NCBI GenBank assembly: GCA_001689495.1
Contig: LUJS01000043.1
Span: 21,095 to 85,094, forward strand
Source: Bacteroidales bacterium M8
GTDB lineage: Bacteria; Bacteroidota; Bacteroidia; Bacteroidales; Muribaculaceae
Length of the DNA: 64,000 nucleotides
Direction: 5' to 3'
The position numbers and the translations under genes are program-made. The notes under the pieces are model-generated. The model ran no database searches. It was not told the origin of the DNA and saw only the letters and a program-made list of their open reading frames with translations. Shown here in pieces: positions 54,164 to 63,238 of this stretch (the first letter of the stretch is position 1; every line of letters starts with the position of its first letter).

Positions 54164-54781
54164 TCAATAGCCCACGGGGTTGTTGAGGATGGGGCGGTGG
54201 GTGGCGGGGAGGTTGAGGAGGGCCGAGATGGCTGCGGTGTCCATGCTGGCGCGGGGTACTGTCCGGAGTCCGGCCGAGGTGCAGAACAGGTTGATGTTCT
54301 GGCAGACTATGCCTGCGTCGGCGGCCATCATAAGGTCGGCGCGCCCTCCTGTGCCCTGAAACTTGTCGCCGTTCATCACCATGAGTATGCTCACGGGGGC
54401 CGTTGCTGCAAATTCCTGTCCGGCGTTGAGCAGGGTGCGGTGATCGCCCTCGGCCACTGGCGTCAGCGTGTGGCCGGCGGCGTCATAGAGCCATACGCCC
54501 TCGGGGTCGAAGACATAGAGGTCTATCTCCTGACGGTTCATGGCCGACGGGGCCGTGCGGTGACCGTCGGGACGATTGACGCCGTTTGCGGCCCACAGCA
54601 GGTCGCCCAGAGTCTGTTCGGAGAGGGGGCGGTCGCTGTACTGGCGGTCAGAGTGGCGCGAGGCCAATGTCTGCATCAGCGGCATGCCTCCGGTCTTGTC
54701 GGGCGCGGGGAGGGTGCGGGGGCCGATGGCATTCATTGTCAGTGCGACGGCGGCCATGGCTGCGGTGAGTATTATGCGCAT
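54164..54781 (-). CDS. nitroreductase-family protein with N-terminal signal-like sequence
   Basis: SRHSDRQYSDRPLSEQTLGDLLWAANGVNR is a nitroreductase/SagB-like motif. Hydrophobic N-terminus MRIILTAAMAAVALTMNA. Confidence 0.75.
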   Translation of the reverse strand: MRIILTAAMAAVALTMNAIGPRTLPAPDKTGGMPLMQTLASRHSDRQYSDRPLSEQTLGDLLWAANGVNRPDGHRTAPSAMNRQEIDLYVFDPEGVWLYDAAGHTLTPVAEGDHRTLLNAGQEFAATAPVSILMVMNGDKFQGTGGRADLMMAADAGIVCQNINLFCTSAGLRTVPRASMDTAAISALLNLPATHRPILNNPVGY

Positions 54782-54797
54782 TTTTTTGTGTCGGTCT

Positions 54798-55334
54798 TTA
54801 TCCCACCAGCTCCATGCCCTTGAGGATGGCGTCCTTGTTGAGGGGGAGCAGGTGATGGTGGCGTTCGGGGAGTGTTTTCTTGAGTCCGCGCATCACGGCA
54901 TCGACGCTCACCAGTCCGCGGGCCTTGAGCAGGGCGCCGAGCAGCACCATGTTGTAGACCTTGGACGAGGGGAGCTTGAACGTGGCCTCCATGGCGTCGA
55001 CCGGAATGATGGTGATGTCGGTGCGGGTGGGGGCGTGGTGGATGCTGTAGGGGTCGTAGATGAGCGTGCCGCCGGGCTTGAGCTTCTTCTCGAACTTGTC
55101 GAGGCTCTGCTGGTTCAGTATCACGGCGGTGTCATAAGAGTTGAGTACGGGGCTCGATATGGCCGAGTCTGACAGTATCACCGTCACGTTGGCGGTGCCT
55201 CCGCGCTGCTCGGGGCCGTAAGAGGGCATCCATGTCACCTCGAGGTCGTCCATGAGTCCGGCGTAGGCCAGAATCTTGCCCATCGAGAGGACACCCTGTC
55301 CTCCGAATCCGGCTATGATGATTTCTTCCTTCAT
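54798..55334 (-). CDS. 2-oxoacid:ferredoxin oxidoreductase, gamma subunit
   Basis: 178 aa with IIIAGFGGQGVLSMGKILA (the POR gamma pattern). Last gene of a four-gene operon. Confidence 0.85.
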   Translation of the reverse strand: MKEEIIIAGFGGQGVLSMGKILAYAGLMDDLEVTWMPSYGPEQRGGTANVTVILSDSAISSPVLNSYDTAVILNQQSLDKFEKKLKPGGTLIYDPYSIHHAPTRTDITIIPVDAMEATFKLPSSKVYNMVLLGALLKARGLVSVDAVMRGLKKTLPERHHHLLPLNKDAILKGMELVG

Positions 55335-55347
55335 TGTCTGGCGGGTG

Positions 55348-56115
55348 TTATTTGACTGTATTCTTTATATCGCCCGGAGGATAGGCTGCGAACATGTGCT
55401 CTTCCATCCACTTGTTGGCGGCGTCGGGCGACAGTTTCCAGCCCGAGGCGCATGTGCCGACAACCTCGACCACCGATGTTCCCAGTCCCTTCATCGAGTT
55501 CTCGAACGCCTGACGTATGGCCTTCTTGGCCTTGCGCACGGCGGCTGCGGTGTGTACGCTCTGGCGGGTCACATAGCATGTGCCCTCGAGCTGTGCCAGC
55601 AGCGGGGTGATGTTGAGGGGGTGTCCGTTCAGGTCTACGCGGCGTCCGTAGGGGGTGGTGGCGGTGACCATGCCCTCGAGCGTGGTGGGGGCCATCTGGC
55701 CGCCGGTCATGCCATAGATGCCGTTGTTGATGAAGATGATGACGATGTTCTCGCCGCGGTTGGCGGCGTGGATGGTCTCGGCGGTGCCTATGGCGGCGAG
55801 GTCGCCGTCGCCCTGATATGTGAACACCATGCGCGTGGGGTTGAGCCTCTTGACTGCCGTGGCCACTGCGGGCGCGCGGCCGTGGGCGGCCTCGATCCAG
55901 TCGATGTCGATATAGTTGTATGCCATGACGGCGCACCCCACGGGTGCCACGCCGATGGCTATGTGTTCGGCTCCCATCTCTTCGATCACCTCGGCCACCA
56001 GCTTGTGCACCACTCCGTGCGAGCAGCCGGGGCAGTAGTGCATGGTGTTGTCGTTGAGCAGACGGGGCTTGCAGGCCACCTTGTTCTGTGGCTGTCTGAT
56101 TTCGTCGCGTGTCAT
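55348..56115 (-). CDS. 2-oxoacid:ferredoxin oxidoreductase, beta (TPP-binding) subunit
   Basis: From internal Met MTRDEI: YCPGCSHG, GDGD...NNGIYGMTGGQ TPP motif. ATGA overlap with the alpha-subunit stop. The longer ORF-track N-terminus is an Arg/Pro-rich artefact. Confidence 0.85.
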   Translation of the reverse strand: MTRDEIRQPQNKVACKPRLLNDNTMHYCPGCSHGVVHKLVAEVIEEMGAEHIAIGVAPVGCAVMAYNYIDIDWIEAAHGRAPAVATAVKRLNPTRMVFTYQGDGDLAAIGTAETIHAANRGENIVIIFINNGIYGMTGGQMAPTTLEGMVTATTPYGRRVDLNGHPLNITPLLAQLEGTCYVTRQSVHTAAAVRKAKKAIRQAFENSMKGLGTSVVEVVGTCASGWKLSPDAANKWMEEHMFAAYPPGDIKNTVK

Positions 56116-57200
56116 AGTGAGATTCCAAATTTGTCCTTGAGGGCGGCGAGCACCTCGTCGGGGTCCATGACTATGCCGCCCATGCGGCCGAAGTGATGTA
56201 CGGGTATGCGGTTGTCGAGGCTGAGGCGCACGTCCTCGATCATCTGGCCGGCGTTGAGCTCGACCACGAGGATGCCCTTGACCTGACGGCTCAGGCGTGC
56301 CACCTCGGCGGCGGGGAAGGGCCAAAGGGTGACGGGCCTGAGCATGCCCACCTTGACGCCCTTGGCGCGGGCCTCCTCGATGGCTTTCTGGCAGATGCGT
56401 GCCACGCAGCCGAAGGCCATGACCAGATATTCGGCGTCGTCGGTCTCGTATTCCTGATACCTCACCTCGTTGGCCGAGATGAGATCATATTTCTCCTGAA
56501 GGTGGATGTTGTTCTTCTCCATCAGTGCGGGATCCAGCTCGAGGGTGGTCTGCACGTTGGGGCGGCGCGTCGCGGGACGGCCCGTCACAGCCCACGGGCA
56601 CTGCTGGGCTATCTCCTCGTCGGTGCGGCGGGGACGCGAGGGGGGCAGGATGACCTTCTCCATCATCTGGCCCACGATGCCGTCGGCCAGCATCATCACC
56701 GGGTTGCGGTACTTGTAGGCGAGGTCAAAGCCGAGGCCCACGAAATCGGCCATCTCCTGCACCGACGCGGGCGCCAGCACTATCAGGTGATAGTCGCCGT
56801 GGCCGCCACCCTTGACGGCCTGAAAATAGTCGGCCTGCGAGGGCTGGATGGTGCCCAGACCGGGCCCGCCGCGCATACAGTTGATGATGAGCGCGGGCAG
56901 CTCGCCTGCGGCTATGTACGAGATGCCTTCCTGCTTGAGGCTCACGCCGGGACTTGACGACGATGTCATGCAGGCCTTGCCTGTGGCGGCGCCGCCATAA
57001 ACCATGTTGATGGCGGCCACCTCGCTCTCGGCTTGGAGCACCACCATTCCGGTCGTGTCCCACGGCATCAGCTCTTCGAGAGTCTCGAGAATCTCGCTCT
57101 GCGGAGTGATGGGATAGCCGAAGTAGCCGTCCACGCCATATCGGATCGCGGCATGGGCTATTGCCTCATTGCCTTTCATCAATCTGACTTCTTCTTCCAT
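56112..57200 (-). CDS. 2-oxoacid:ferredoxin oxidoreductase, alpha subunit (VorB/KorA-like)
   Basis: MKGNEAIAHAAIRYGVDGYFGYPITPQSEI is the pyruvate-flavodoxin/ferredoxin oxidoreductase N-domain. 362 aa. Confidence 0.85.
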   Translation of the reverse strand: MEEEVRLMKGNEAIAHAAIRYGVDGYFGYPITPQSEILETLEELMPWDTTGMVVLQAESEVAAINMVYGGAATGKACMTSSSSPGVSLKQEGISYIAAGELPALIINCMRGGPGLGTIQPSQADYFQAVKGGGHGDYHLIVLAPASVQEMADFVGLGFDLAYKYRNPVMMLADGIVGQMMEKVILPPSRPRRTDEEIAQQCPWAVTGRPATRRPNVQTTLELDPALMEKNNIHLQEKYDLISANEVRYQEYETDDAEYLVMAFGCVARICQKAIEEARAKGVKVGMLRPVTLWPFPAAEVARLSRQVKGILVVELNAGQMIEDVRLSLDNRIPVHHFGRMGGIVMDPDEVLAALKDKFGISL

Positions 57201-57217
57201 ATTGTTGGGTGCGGGGG

Positions 57218-57448
57218 TTATTTTTCAACTACTCTATAGACGGTTATGCACCCGTCGGGGCACACAGTGGCACAGGCGGCACACCCTATGCATGCCTCGG
57301 GGGCCACGTCGGCGGCATAGTGGTAGCCGCGGTCGTTGACATCTTTGGTCTCGAGGGCGAGCACCGAGCAGGGACATGCCACCACGCACAGGTCGCAACC
57401 CTTGCAGCGCTCGCGGTCTATGTCGACGGCTCCGATTATCTTTGCCAT
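57218..57448 (-). CDS. 4Fe-4S ferredoxin-type delta subunit
   Basis: Two CxxCxxCxxxCP clusters (CKGCDLCVVACP, CIGCAACATVCP). 76 aa. Confidence 0.85.
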   Translation of the reverse strand: MAKIIGAVDIDRERCKGCDLCVVACPCSVLALETKDVNDRGYHYAADVAPEACIGCAACATVCPDGCITVYRVVEK

Positions 57449-57497
57449 ATTCTGTTGGTATGTTGAGGTTTTTTGTGATGAACAATATTATTCAACA

Positions 57498-57505
57498 CAA
57501 ATATA
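57498..57505 (-). promoter_or_regulatory. -7 box TATATTTG (oxidoreductase operon)
   Basis: Plus-strand caaatata, 50 nt upstream of start 57448. Confidence 0.45.
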
Positions 57506-57609
57506 CTAATAATTTCAATCAGGCGGTTGCGGTTTAAGGGAATTTAACCCTTTGCACAAATAGCGCGGCCGTGAGCAGGGTCGGCGTCAGTGTGTTGTGT
57601 GTCAGACTG

Positions 57610-58299
57610 TTATTGCTGTCGGGCCTTCGGGAACTCGAATCGCTGCACGCCGCCGCGGTTGTCAGTGGCCACGACGACGGTGACACCCTGCGTCGAGGGA
57701 CTGTCCCAGACCTCCGAGATGTCGTATGACGAGTAGTATTCCCTGTCATACGCCCCGGTCTCGCCGGCCGGCAGCGTGTGGGCCAGATAGAGCTCGGGCC
57801 ACTCCCTCTGCTGCCAGTCGTGACAGGCCACGAGGGTGAATATGCGGGGTTTGGATAGTGTGGGGAGGCGTAGGTTGAAGTTGATGTACCTGCCCGTGCG
57901 CCACACGCTGGCCAGCCACACGGGGTTGGCGTCCCACAGTTCGTATTCCTCGCGCCACTCGGTCATCACCGGTCCGTGATTTATCTCATAGCCCCATTCG
58001 ACCGAGACCGGGCCCGAGGTGTAGGGCAGGTTTGACGGGGTGGTATATCGTATCATCATCCTCGTTCCGGTCTTGTATGTGTCCGAGAGGGTAATGTCGG
58101 AGTGCAACGTGGCCTCGGGCTCGTCGCCGTCGCGTATCACGCTGAAGGTGGCGCACCCTCCGGGGGCGGTGTTGCCCTCGTATGTGGCGATGTCTGTGAA
58201 GGGCATCAGCACCTCGCCGTCCACGCCGTCGGGGCGGCACGACACCGCCGCGAGGGCCAGAGCCGCCAGTGCGGCAGTGATGTATCGGGCCTTGCTCAT
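57610..58299 (-). CDS. hypothetical lipoprotein (possibly NigD-like; uncertain)
   Basis: Lipobox LAAVSCRPD. 4-nt overlap with the upstream ABC ATPase gene. Confidence 0.55.
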   Translation of the reverse strand: MSKARYITAALAALALAAVSCRPDGVDGEVLMPFTDIATYEGNTAPGGCATFSVIRDGDEPEATLHSDITLSDTYKTGTRMMIRYTTPSNLPYTSGPVSVEWGYEINHGPVMTEWREEYELWDANPVWLASVWRTGRYINFNLRLPTLSKPRIFTLVACHDWQQREWPELYLAHTLPAGETGAYDREYYSSYDISEVWDSPSTQGVTVVVATDNRGGVQRFEFPKARQQ

Positions 58300-58949
58300 T
58301 GCACTATTCTTCCGTCCTGCATCCTCACCACGCGGTCTGACGTCAGCGCCAGCGACTCGTCGTGGGTCACGATGACGAATGTGTTGCCCGTGCGCGACCG
58401 CAGGTCGAAGAACAGGGCATAGAGCTCCTCGCGGTTGCGCGAGTCGAGGCTGCCCGAGGGCTCGTCGGCCAGAATGACGCGCGGGTTGTTTATCAGCGCC
58501 CTCGCCACGGCCGCCCTCTGCCGCTCGCCGCCCGACAGCTGGCCGGGGCGGTGTGTCAGCCTCGACCCCAGTCCGAGATCGGACAGCAGCGCCGCCGCCC
58601 GCTCCATGGACTCGTGCCTCGACTTGCCCGCTATCATGGCCGGCAGGGCCACGTTCTCGGTCACGGTGAACTCGGGCAGCAGCTGGTGGAACTGGAACAC
58701 GAACCCGATGTTGAGATTGCGGAATGCGGCCAGAGACCGCTCCTTCATGCCCACGATGTCGGTGCCGTCATAGAGCACGTGGCCCGAGTCGGGGGCCTCG
58801 AGCGACCCTATTATCTGCAGCAGGGTGGTCTTGCCGGCGCCGCTGGGCCCGACAATCGACAGAAACTCGCCCGGCTCGATGCGCAGGCTCACGTCGTCGA
58901 GCACCCGCAGCGAGTCATAGCTTTTACTGATGTTCTTGACCTCGATCAT
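58296..58949 (-). CDS. ABC transporter ATP-binding protein, LolD/MacB-type
   Basis: [28 protein letters not shown] and IVTHD motifs. 217 aa. Confidence 0.85.
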   Translation of the reverse strand: MIEVKNISKSYDSLRVLDDVSLRIEPGEFLSIVGPSGAGKTTLLQIIGSLEAPDSGHVLYDGTDIVGMKERSLAAFRNLNIGFVFQFHQLLPEFTVTENVALPAMIAGKSRHESMERAAALLSDLGLGSRLTHRPGQLSGGERQRAAVARALINNPRVILADEPSGSLDSRNREELYALFFDLRSRTGNTFVIVTHDESLALTSDRVVRMQDGRIVQ

Positions 58950-59026
58950 TCGGTGTTGCAGAGATGACGCGGGCGCGGCTGGACCGCGCCCGATATTGTG
59001 TTGGTGAAAATGTCAGGGGTTGATTG

Positions 59027-60007
59027 TCAGATCGAGAGCCTGCGCAGGGTGTCGATGAGGTCGCGGCGTATGGGCTTGTCGTTCTTGATGGCCTTCGAGA
59101 AGGGCACGTAGACAATCTCGTCGTTGCGCACGCCCATCATCACGTTGCGCTGGTCCTCGATGAGGGCGTCGATGGCAGCCGAGCCCAGACGCGAGGCCAG
59201 AATGCGGTCGAACGCCGTGGGCGAGCCGCCGCGCTGCAGGTGGCCAAGTATGGACACCCTCACGTCATAGCCGGGATACTCGTTCTTGACACGCTCGGCC
59301 AGACCCATGGCGCCGCCGGTGACGGGGCTCTCGGCCACGAGCACGATCGACGAGTTCTTGCTCTTGCGGAAGCCGTGTTCGATAAGCTCGGCCAGCTGGT
59401 CGACCTCGGTCGAGATCTCGGGGATGATGGCGGCCTCGGCGCCCGAAGCGATGGCGCCGTTCAGGGCGAGGAATCCGGCGTCGCGGCCCATGACCTCGAT
59501 GAAGAACAGCCGCTCGTGGCTGGTGGCGGTGTCGCGGATCTTGTCGACACACTCCATGATGGTGTTGAGGGCGGTGTCATATCCGATGGTCGAGTCGGTG
59601 CCATAGAGGTCGTTGTCTATGGTGCCGGGCAGGCCGATGATGGGTATGTTGAATTCGTTGGCAAAGACCCTCGCGCCTGTCAGCGAGCCGTCGCCGCCTA
59701 TCACCACCAGCGCGTCGATTCCCTGACGCTTCAGGTTGTCGTAGGCAAGCTGGCGACCTTCGGGGGTGGTGAATTCCTTGCAGCGCGCGGTCTTGAGGAT
59801 GGTGCCTCCGGCCTGTATGATGTTTGATACGTTCTGAGTCTTGAACTCGACGATCTCGTCGGTGATCAGGCCGCGGTATCCGCGATAGATACCTTTGACC
59901 TTCAGGCCGCTGTAGATGGCCGAGCGGGTCACGGCGCGGATGGCCGCATTCATTCCGGGCGCGTCACCTCCCGAGGTGAGGATGCCCACACATTTGATCT
60001 GTGTCAT
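59027..60007 (-). CDS. pfkA: ATP-dependent 6-phosphofructokinase
   Basis: From internal Met [26 protein letters not shown], with VIGGDGS and PGTIDND motifs. A -7 box at 60040-60047 excludes the longer ORF-track start. Confidence 0.9.
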   Translation of the reverse strand: MTQIKCVGILTSGGDAPGMNAAIRAVTRSAIYSGLKVKGIYRGYRGLITDEIVEFKTQNVSNIIQAGGTILKTARCKEFTTPEGRQLAYDNLKRQGIDALVVIGGDGSLTGARVFANEFNIPIIGLPGTIDNDLYGTDSTIGYDTALNTIMECVDKIRDTATSHERLFFIEVMGRDAGFLALNGAIASGAEAAIIPEISTEVDQLAELIEHGFRKSKNSSIVLVAESPVTGGAMGLAERVKNEYPGYDVRVSILGHLQRGGSPTAFDRILASRLGSAAIDALIEDQRNVMMGVRNDEIVYVPFSKAIKNDKPIRRDLIDTLRRLSI

Positions 60008-60039
60008 AAGCGGAGTGTCTCTGTTTTTGTATTCAACCA

Positions 60040-60047
60040 CAAATATA
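60040..60047 (-). promoter_or_regulatory. -7 box TATATTTG (pfkA)
   Basis: Plus-strand caaatata, 33 nt upstream of ATG 60007. Confidence 0.5.
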
Positions 60048-60118
60048 GTTATTTTTCCGCAAACGGCAAATTTTATGATTTATTCAGTCGCGATTCGTAT
60101 CCTTATTGTGCAAGAAAC

Positions 60119-60154
60119 GAGGGAGAGACGGCTTACGGCGCCCGTCTCTCCCTC
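60119..60154 (-). terminator. 13-bp perfect hairpin, likely terminator of the frc-oxc-AEC operon
   Basis: gagggagagacgg (60119-60131) pairs with ccgtctctccctc (60142-60154). The minus strand continues GTTTCTTG. Confidence 0.55.
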
Positions 60155-60273
60155 TCTTCAAAATCAACGTCAAAACTATTGTTATCAGCGCCGTATGTCT
60201 TGATTCGGGGTTGTAACAGCTTCTCTGTCGGAGGAACAATAATTCAATTTCTTTTCATAAGGGTGATGTGTCA

Positions 60274-60306
60274 AAGGATATGCGTGCCCGGGGGCCGCAT
60301 ATCCTT
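60274..60306 (-). other. 11-bp perfect hairpin 10 nt after the AEC transporter stop
   Basis: aaggatatgcg (60274-60284) pairs with cgcatatcctt (60296-60306). There is no convincing U-tract. Confidence 0.5.
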
Positions 60307-60316
60307 GTCGCGGGGG

Positions 60317-61282
60317 TCAGAACGATTTCAGGCACAGGTCGGTTATCCATATCCACAGCGGACAGAATCCGATGAAGGTGATGATGGACAGCGTCAGCGA
60401 CGATGTTCCGGTGGCGACGTACGTGTTGTACTCGTCGGCGATGATGATGCCCGAGAATGCCGGGGGGAGTGCAGCGGCCACCACAAGCATCTTGAGGTTG
60501 AGCGGATCCATCTTGAACAGCAGACCCAGTATCAGTATCACGGCGGGCATGAAGACCATCTTGAGGATGCACCCCAGCACGGCCTGCCAGTTAATGACGA
60601 CCTTGATCGACGACAGCGTGATGCCTGCCGAGAACACGGCCAGCGAGGCGTTGGCACCCTTGATGAGGTTGAACGAGGGGCTGGCCCACTCGGGCCACGG
60701 TATGCCGACCAGCACCCACACCACGGCGAGTATGGGCGCCCACGCCACGGGCTGCTCGAGGGCGTGGATGACCGGTTTCCACGCGCTGCCGCGGGCGGTC
60801 GAGCCGGGTTTCTGTTTTTCGAGCGAGGCGTTCATCAGCGACAGGCCCACGGGGATGCCCACGGCATTGACCACGATGCCGACTATGGCCACGACAAGGG
60901 CCACGCTCGGGGTGGTGCCGAAGATGGGCTCGAGCACGGCGAATCCGAGAAATCCGATGGTCGGCGAGCCCGATATGAGGGCCGAGACGGCGGCGTCGGC
61001 TCCGGTGTTGCCCTTGAACATCCTGAATACATAGTAGACGACCATGAAACAGAACATTATGCCCACCAGAGAGATGATCGAGAGCTTCAGGTCGCGGGCA
61101 AGCATCTCGCGGCTCGCCTGAACTATCGAGACGAACAGTGCCGCGGGGAGTGCGAAGTCAAGCACGACCTTGTTGAACTTCTTGGCGTCGTCGCCGCTGA
61201 AGACCCCGGTTTTCCCCGATATGAATCCCGCCAGCATGACCACGATAATCGGGACAATCGCGTATAATAGTATATGCTCCAT
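60317..61282 (-). CDS. AEC (auxin efflux carrier) family transporter
   Basis: 321 aa, about 10 TM. The N-terminus LLYAIVPIIVVMLAGFISGK...ALPAALF is typical of PF03547-type carriers. Confidence 0.85.
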   Translation of the reverse strand: MEHILLYAIVPIIVVMLAGFISGKTGVFSGDDAKKFNKVVLDFALPAALFVSIVQASREMLARDLKLSIISLVGIMFCFMVVYYVFRMFKGNTGADAAVSALISGSPTIGFLGFAVLEPIFGTTPSVALVVAIVGIVVNAVGIPVGLSLMNASLEKQKPGSTARGSAWKPVIHALEQPVAWAPILAVVWVLVGIPWPEWASPSFNLIKGANASLAVFSAGITLSSIKVVINWQAVLGCILKMVFMPAVILILGLLFKMDPLNLKMLVVAAALPPAFSGIIIADEYNTYVATGTSSLTLSIITFIGFCPLWIWITDLCLKSF

Positions 61283-61288
61283 TTTTTA

Positions 61289-61359
61289 GAATTGGGAATT
61301 GGGAATTGGGAGTTGGAAATTGGAAATTCATTATGCACTATGCATTATGAATTCTGCAT
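61289..61359. repeat. two adjacent blocks of heptanucleotide tandem repeats (GAATTGG-like x6, TATGCAT-like x4)
   Basis: gaattgg gaattgg gaattgg gagttgg aaattgg aaattca (61289-61330), then tatgcac tatgcat tatgaat tctgcat (61332-61359). Located between the oxc stop and the AEC start. Confidence 0.85.
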
Positions 61360-61368
61360 TAATCCCGA

Positions 61369-63099
61369 TCAGACCTTGATGTCCTCGAGCGGGGCGGGGT
61401 TGAGGTAGCCTATGTGGCCCGACTCCGCGCCCGAGTCGGCGGCAAGCTGCACGTCTATCAGGCACGGTTTCTTCGAGGCAATGCTCTCGGTCAGTGCCTT
61501 TTGCAGCTCTTCGGGAGTCTGCACGTAATAGCTGCGGGCGCCAAACGCCTCGCCCAGCTTGTCGTATCTGGCATTGATGTCGAGCGTGGTCGGGGCCGGG
61601 TCCGTGGTCTTGTCCATGGGCTGTCCGACACCGTTATATATGCCGCCGTTGTTCAGTATGACCACCGTGACTGGCAGATTGAAGCGGCAGGCGGTCGAGA
61701 AGTCCATGCCCGAGAATCCGAAGGCCGAGTCGCCCTCCACCGCCACGACGCTCTTGCCGGTGGCCACGGCGGCGCCGATGGCCGAGCCCATGCCCATGCC
61801 CATGATGGCCCACGTGGCGCAGTCTATGCGGTGGCGCGGCAAGGACATGTTGACGGCATCGCGGGTGTCGTCGAGCGTGTTGGCGCCCTCGTTGACCAGT
61901 ATCACGTCAGGATTGGCCTCGAGTATCGGCTTTATCACGCCCAGAGCGGTCCAGTGGTGCATTGGCATCAGCGACTTGGCATCGTCGATGCGTGCGGCGA
62001 ACTTGGCCCCCTTGGCCTTGGCCTCGGCCTGCAGCGAGGGTATCCACTGCGGGTCGGTGCTCATCTTGCGCCCCTCGAGGGCGGCGAGGATGGCGTCGAG
62101 CGACAGGGCCATGTCGCCGACCACGGGGGCTGCTATGGGCCTGTTCACGTCAATCTCCTGCGGCTCGACGTCGAGCTGTATGAACTTGGTCTCCTGACTC
62201 CATTTGCCCTTGCCGAACGACAGCAGCCAGTTCAGGCGGGCGCCTATCATCATCACCACGTCGGCCTGCTGCATTATGGTCGATCGGCACGACAGCGCGC
62301 TCAGCGGCCCTGCGTCGGGCATGAGCCCCTTGGCCATAGACATGGGGAAGTATGGTATCTCGTATTTCTCAATCAGGGTCTTTATCCTGTCGTCGACCCG
62401 GGCGTATGCCGCGCCCTTGCCCAGCAGTATGGCGGGCCTCTTGGCGGCGGTGAGCATCTCGACGGCTCTGGTCACGGCCTCGGGGTTGGGAGCCACGGGC
62501 GAGTAGGGGTCTACAGCGTCATGGAACAGCTTGTCGGCCTCGGCGGCGTCCATGATCTCGCCGAGAGCCGGGGTGGTCATGTCGATGTACACGCCACCGG
62601 GACGCCCCGAGACCGCGGCGCGATACGCGCGGCTCACGGCCGCAGGTATGTCGCGGGCGTGCGAGCAGCGGAAGGCGGCCTTGACCACCGGCTTGGCCAT
62701 GTTGAACTGGTCGAGCTGTTCGTATGTCCCCATGTTCATGTCGACCATCGTCGGGTCCGATGCACCCGAAATCTGTATCATCGGGTAGCAGTTCACGGTG
62801 GCGTTGGCCGTGGCCGTGAGTCCGTTCATGAATCCGAGCGACGATACGGTCATCAGCACGCCCGGCTTCTTGGTCAGGTATCCCTCGGTGGCGGCTGCCA
62901 TGCCGGCCTGCTGCTCGTGGCGGAACCCCACGAACCTTATTCCCTGATTCTGTATCAGATAGGCGGCCTCGGTGATGGGGATTCCCACGAGACCGTAGAC
63001 GTTCTGTATGCCCGCCTGTTTCAGCGCCCTTGCAAGGATGTCCATGCCGGTCACCTGTTCGGGATAGCGGGGTGCCGGGGCGGGAGTTGTGTTGGTCAT
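61369..63099 (-). CDS. oxc: oxalyl-CoA decarboxylase (TPP-dependent)
   Basis: Long collinear similarity, from memory, to Oxalobacter formigenes Oxc: GIPIT..A, FRHEQ.AG.AA, SGRPGGVY.D, MAKGL.PD, RPIAAPVVGD, EGDSAFGFSGME, NNGGIY. Start set at internal Met MTNTTPAP; the ORF-track start is 63174. Confidence 0.9.
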   Translation of the reverse strand: MTNTTPAPAPRYPEQVTGMDILARALKQAGIQNVYGLVGIPITEAAYLIQNQGIRFVGFRHEQQAGMAAATEGYLTKKPGVLMTVSSLGFMNGLTATANATVNCYPMIQISGASDPTMVDMNMGTYEQLDQFNMAKPVVKAAFRCSHARDIPAAVSRAYRAAVSGRPGGVYIDMTTPALGEIMDAAEADKLFHDAVDPYSPVAPNPEAVTRAVEMLTAAKRPAILLGKGAAYARVDDRIKTLIEKYEIPYFPMSMAKGLMPDAGPLSALSCRSTIMQQADVVMMIGARLNWLLSFGKGKWSQETKFIQLDVEPQEIDVNRPIAAPVVGDMALSLDAILAALEGRKMSTDPQWIPSLQAEAKAKGAKFAARIDDAKSLMPMHHWTALGVIKPILEANPDVILVNEGANTLDDTRDAVNMSLPRHRIDCATWAIMGMGMGSAIGAAVATGKSVVAVEGDSAFGFSGMDFSTACRFNLPVTVVILNNGGIYNGVGQPMDKTTDPAPTTLDINARYDKLGEAFGARSYYVQTPEELQKALTESIASKKPCLIDVQLAADSGAESGHIGYLNPAPLEDIKV

Positions 63100-63238
63100 A
63101 AGCTGATAGTCAATTTGTTTGGTTTGAAAAAGAGAGAGGACAATGTCCAATCGGCTCTCTGGGTGCAGAGACAACTGGATTATTGTCCCCTCTCGTTTTT
63201 CAGTCAGTTGAAAGTTAAATTAAAGGTGAGGTCACATC

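Noticed and set aside
55348-56325. 325-aa version of the oxidoreductase beta subunit
   Set aside because: The first 70 residues are an Arg/Pro/Gly-rich read-through overlapping the alpha-subunit gene in another frame. The conserved beta-subunit sequence starts at Met 71 (ATG 56115), which forms an ATGA junction with the alpha stop.
59027-60040. Longer pfkA model starting [11 protein letters not shown]
   Set aside because: The predicted -7 promoter box (60040-60047) abuts this start. The conserved PFK N-terminus ([20 protein letters not shown]) begins at ATG 60007.
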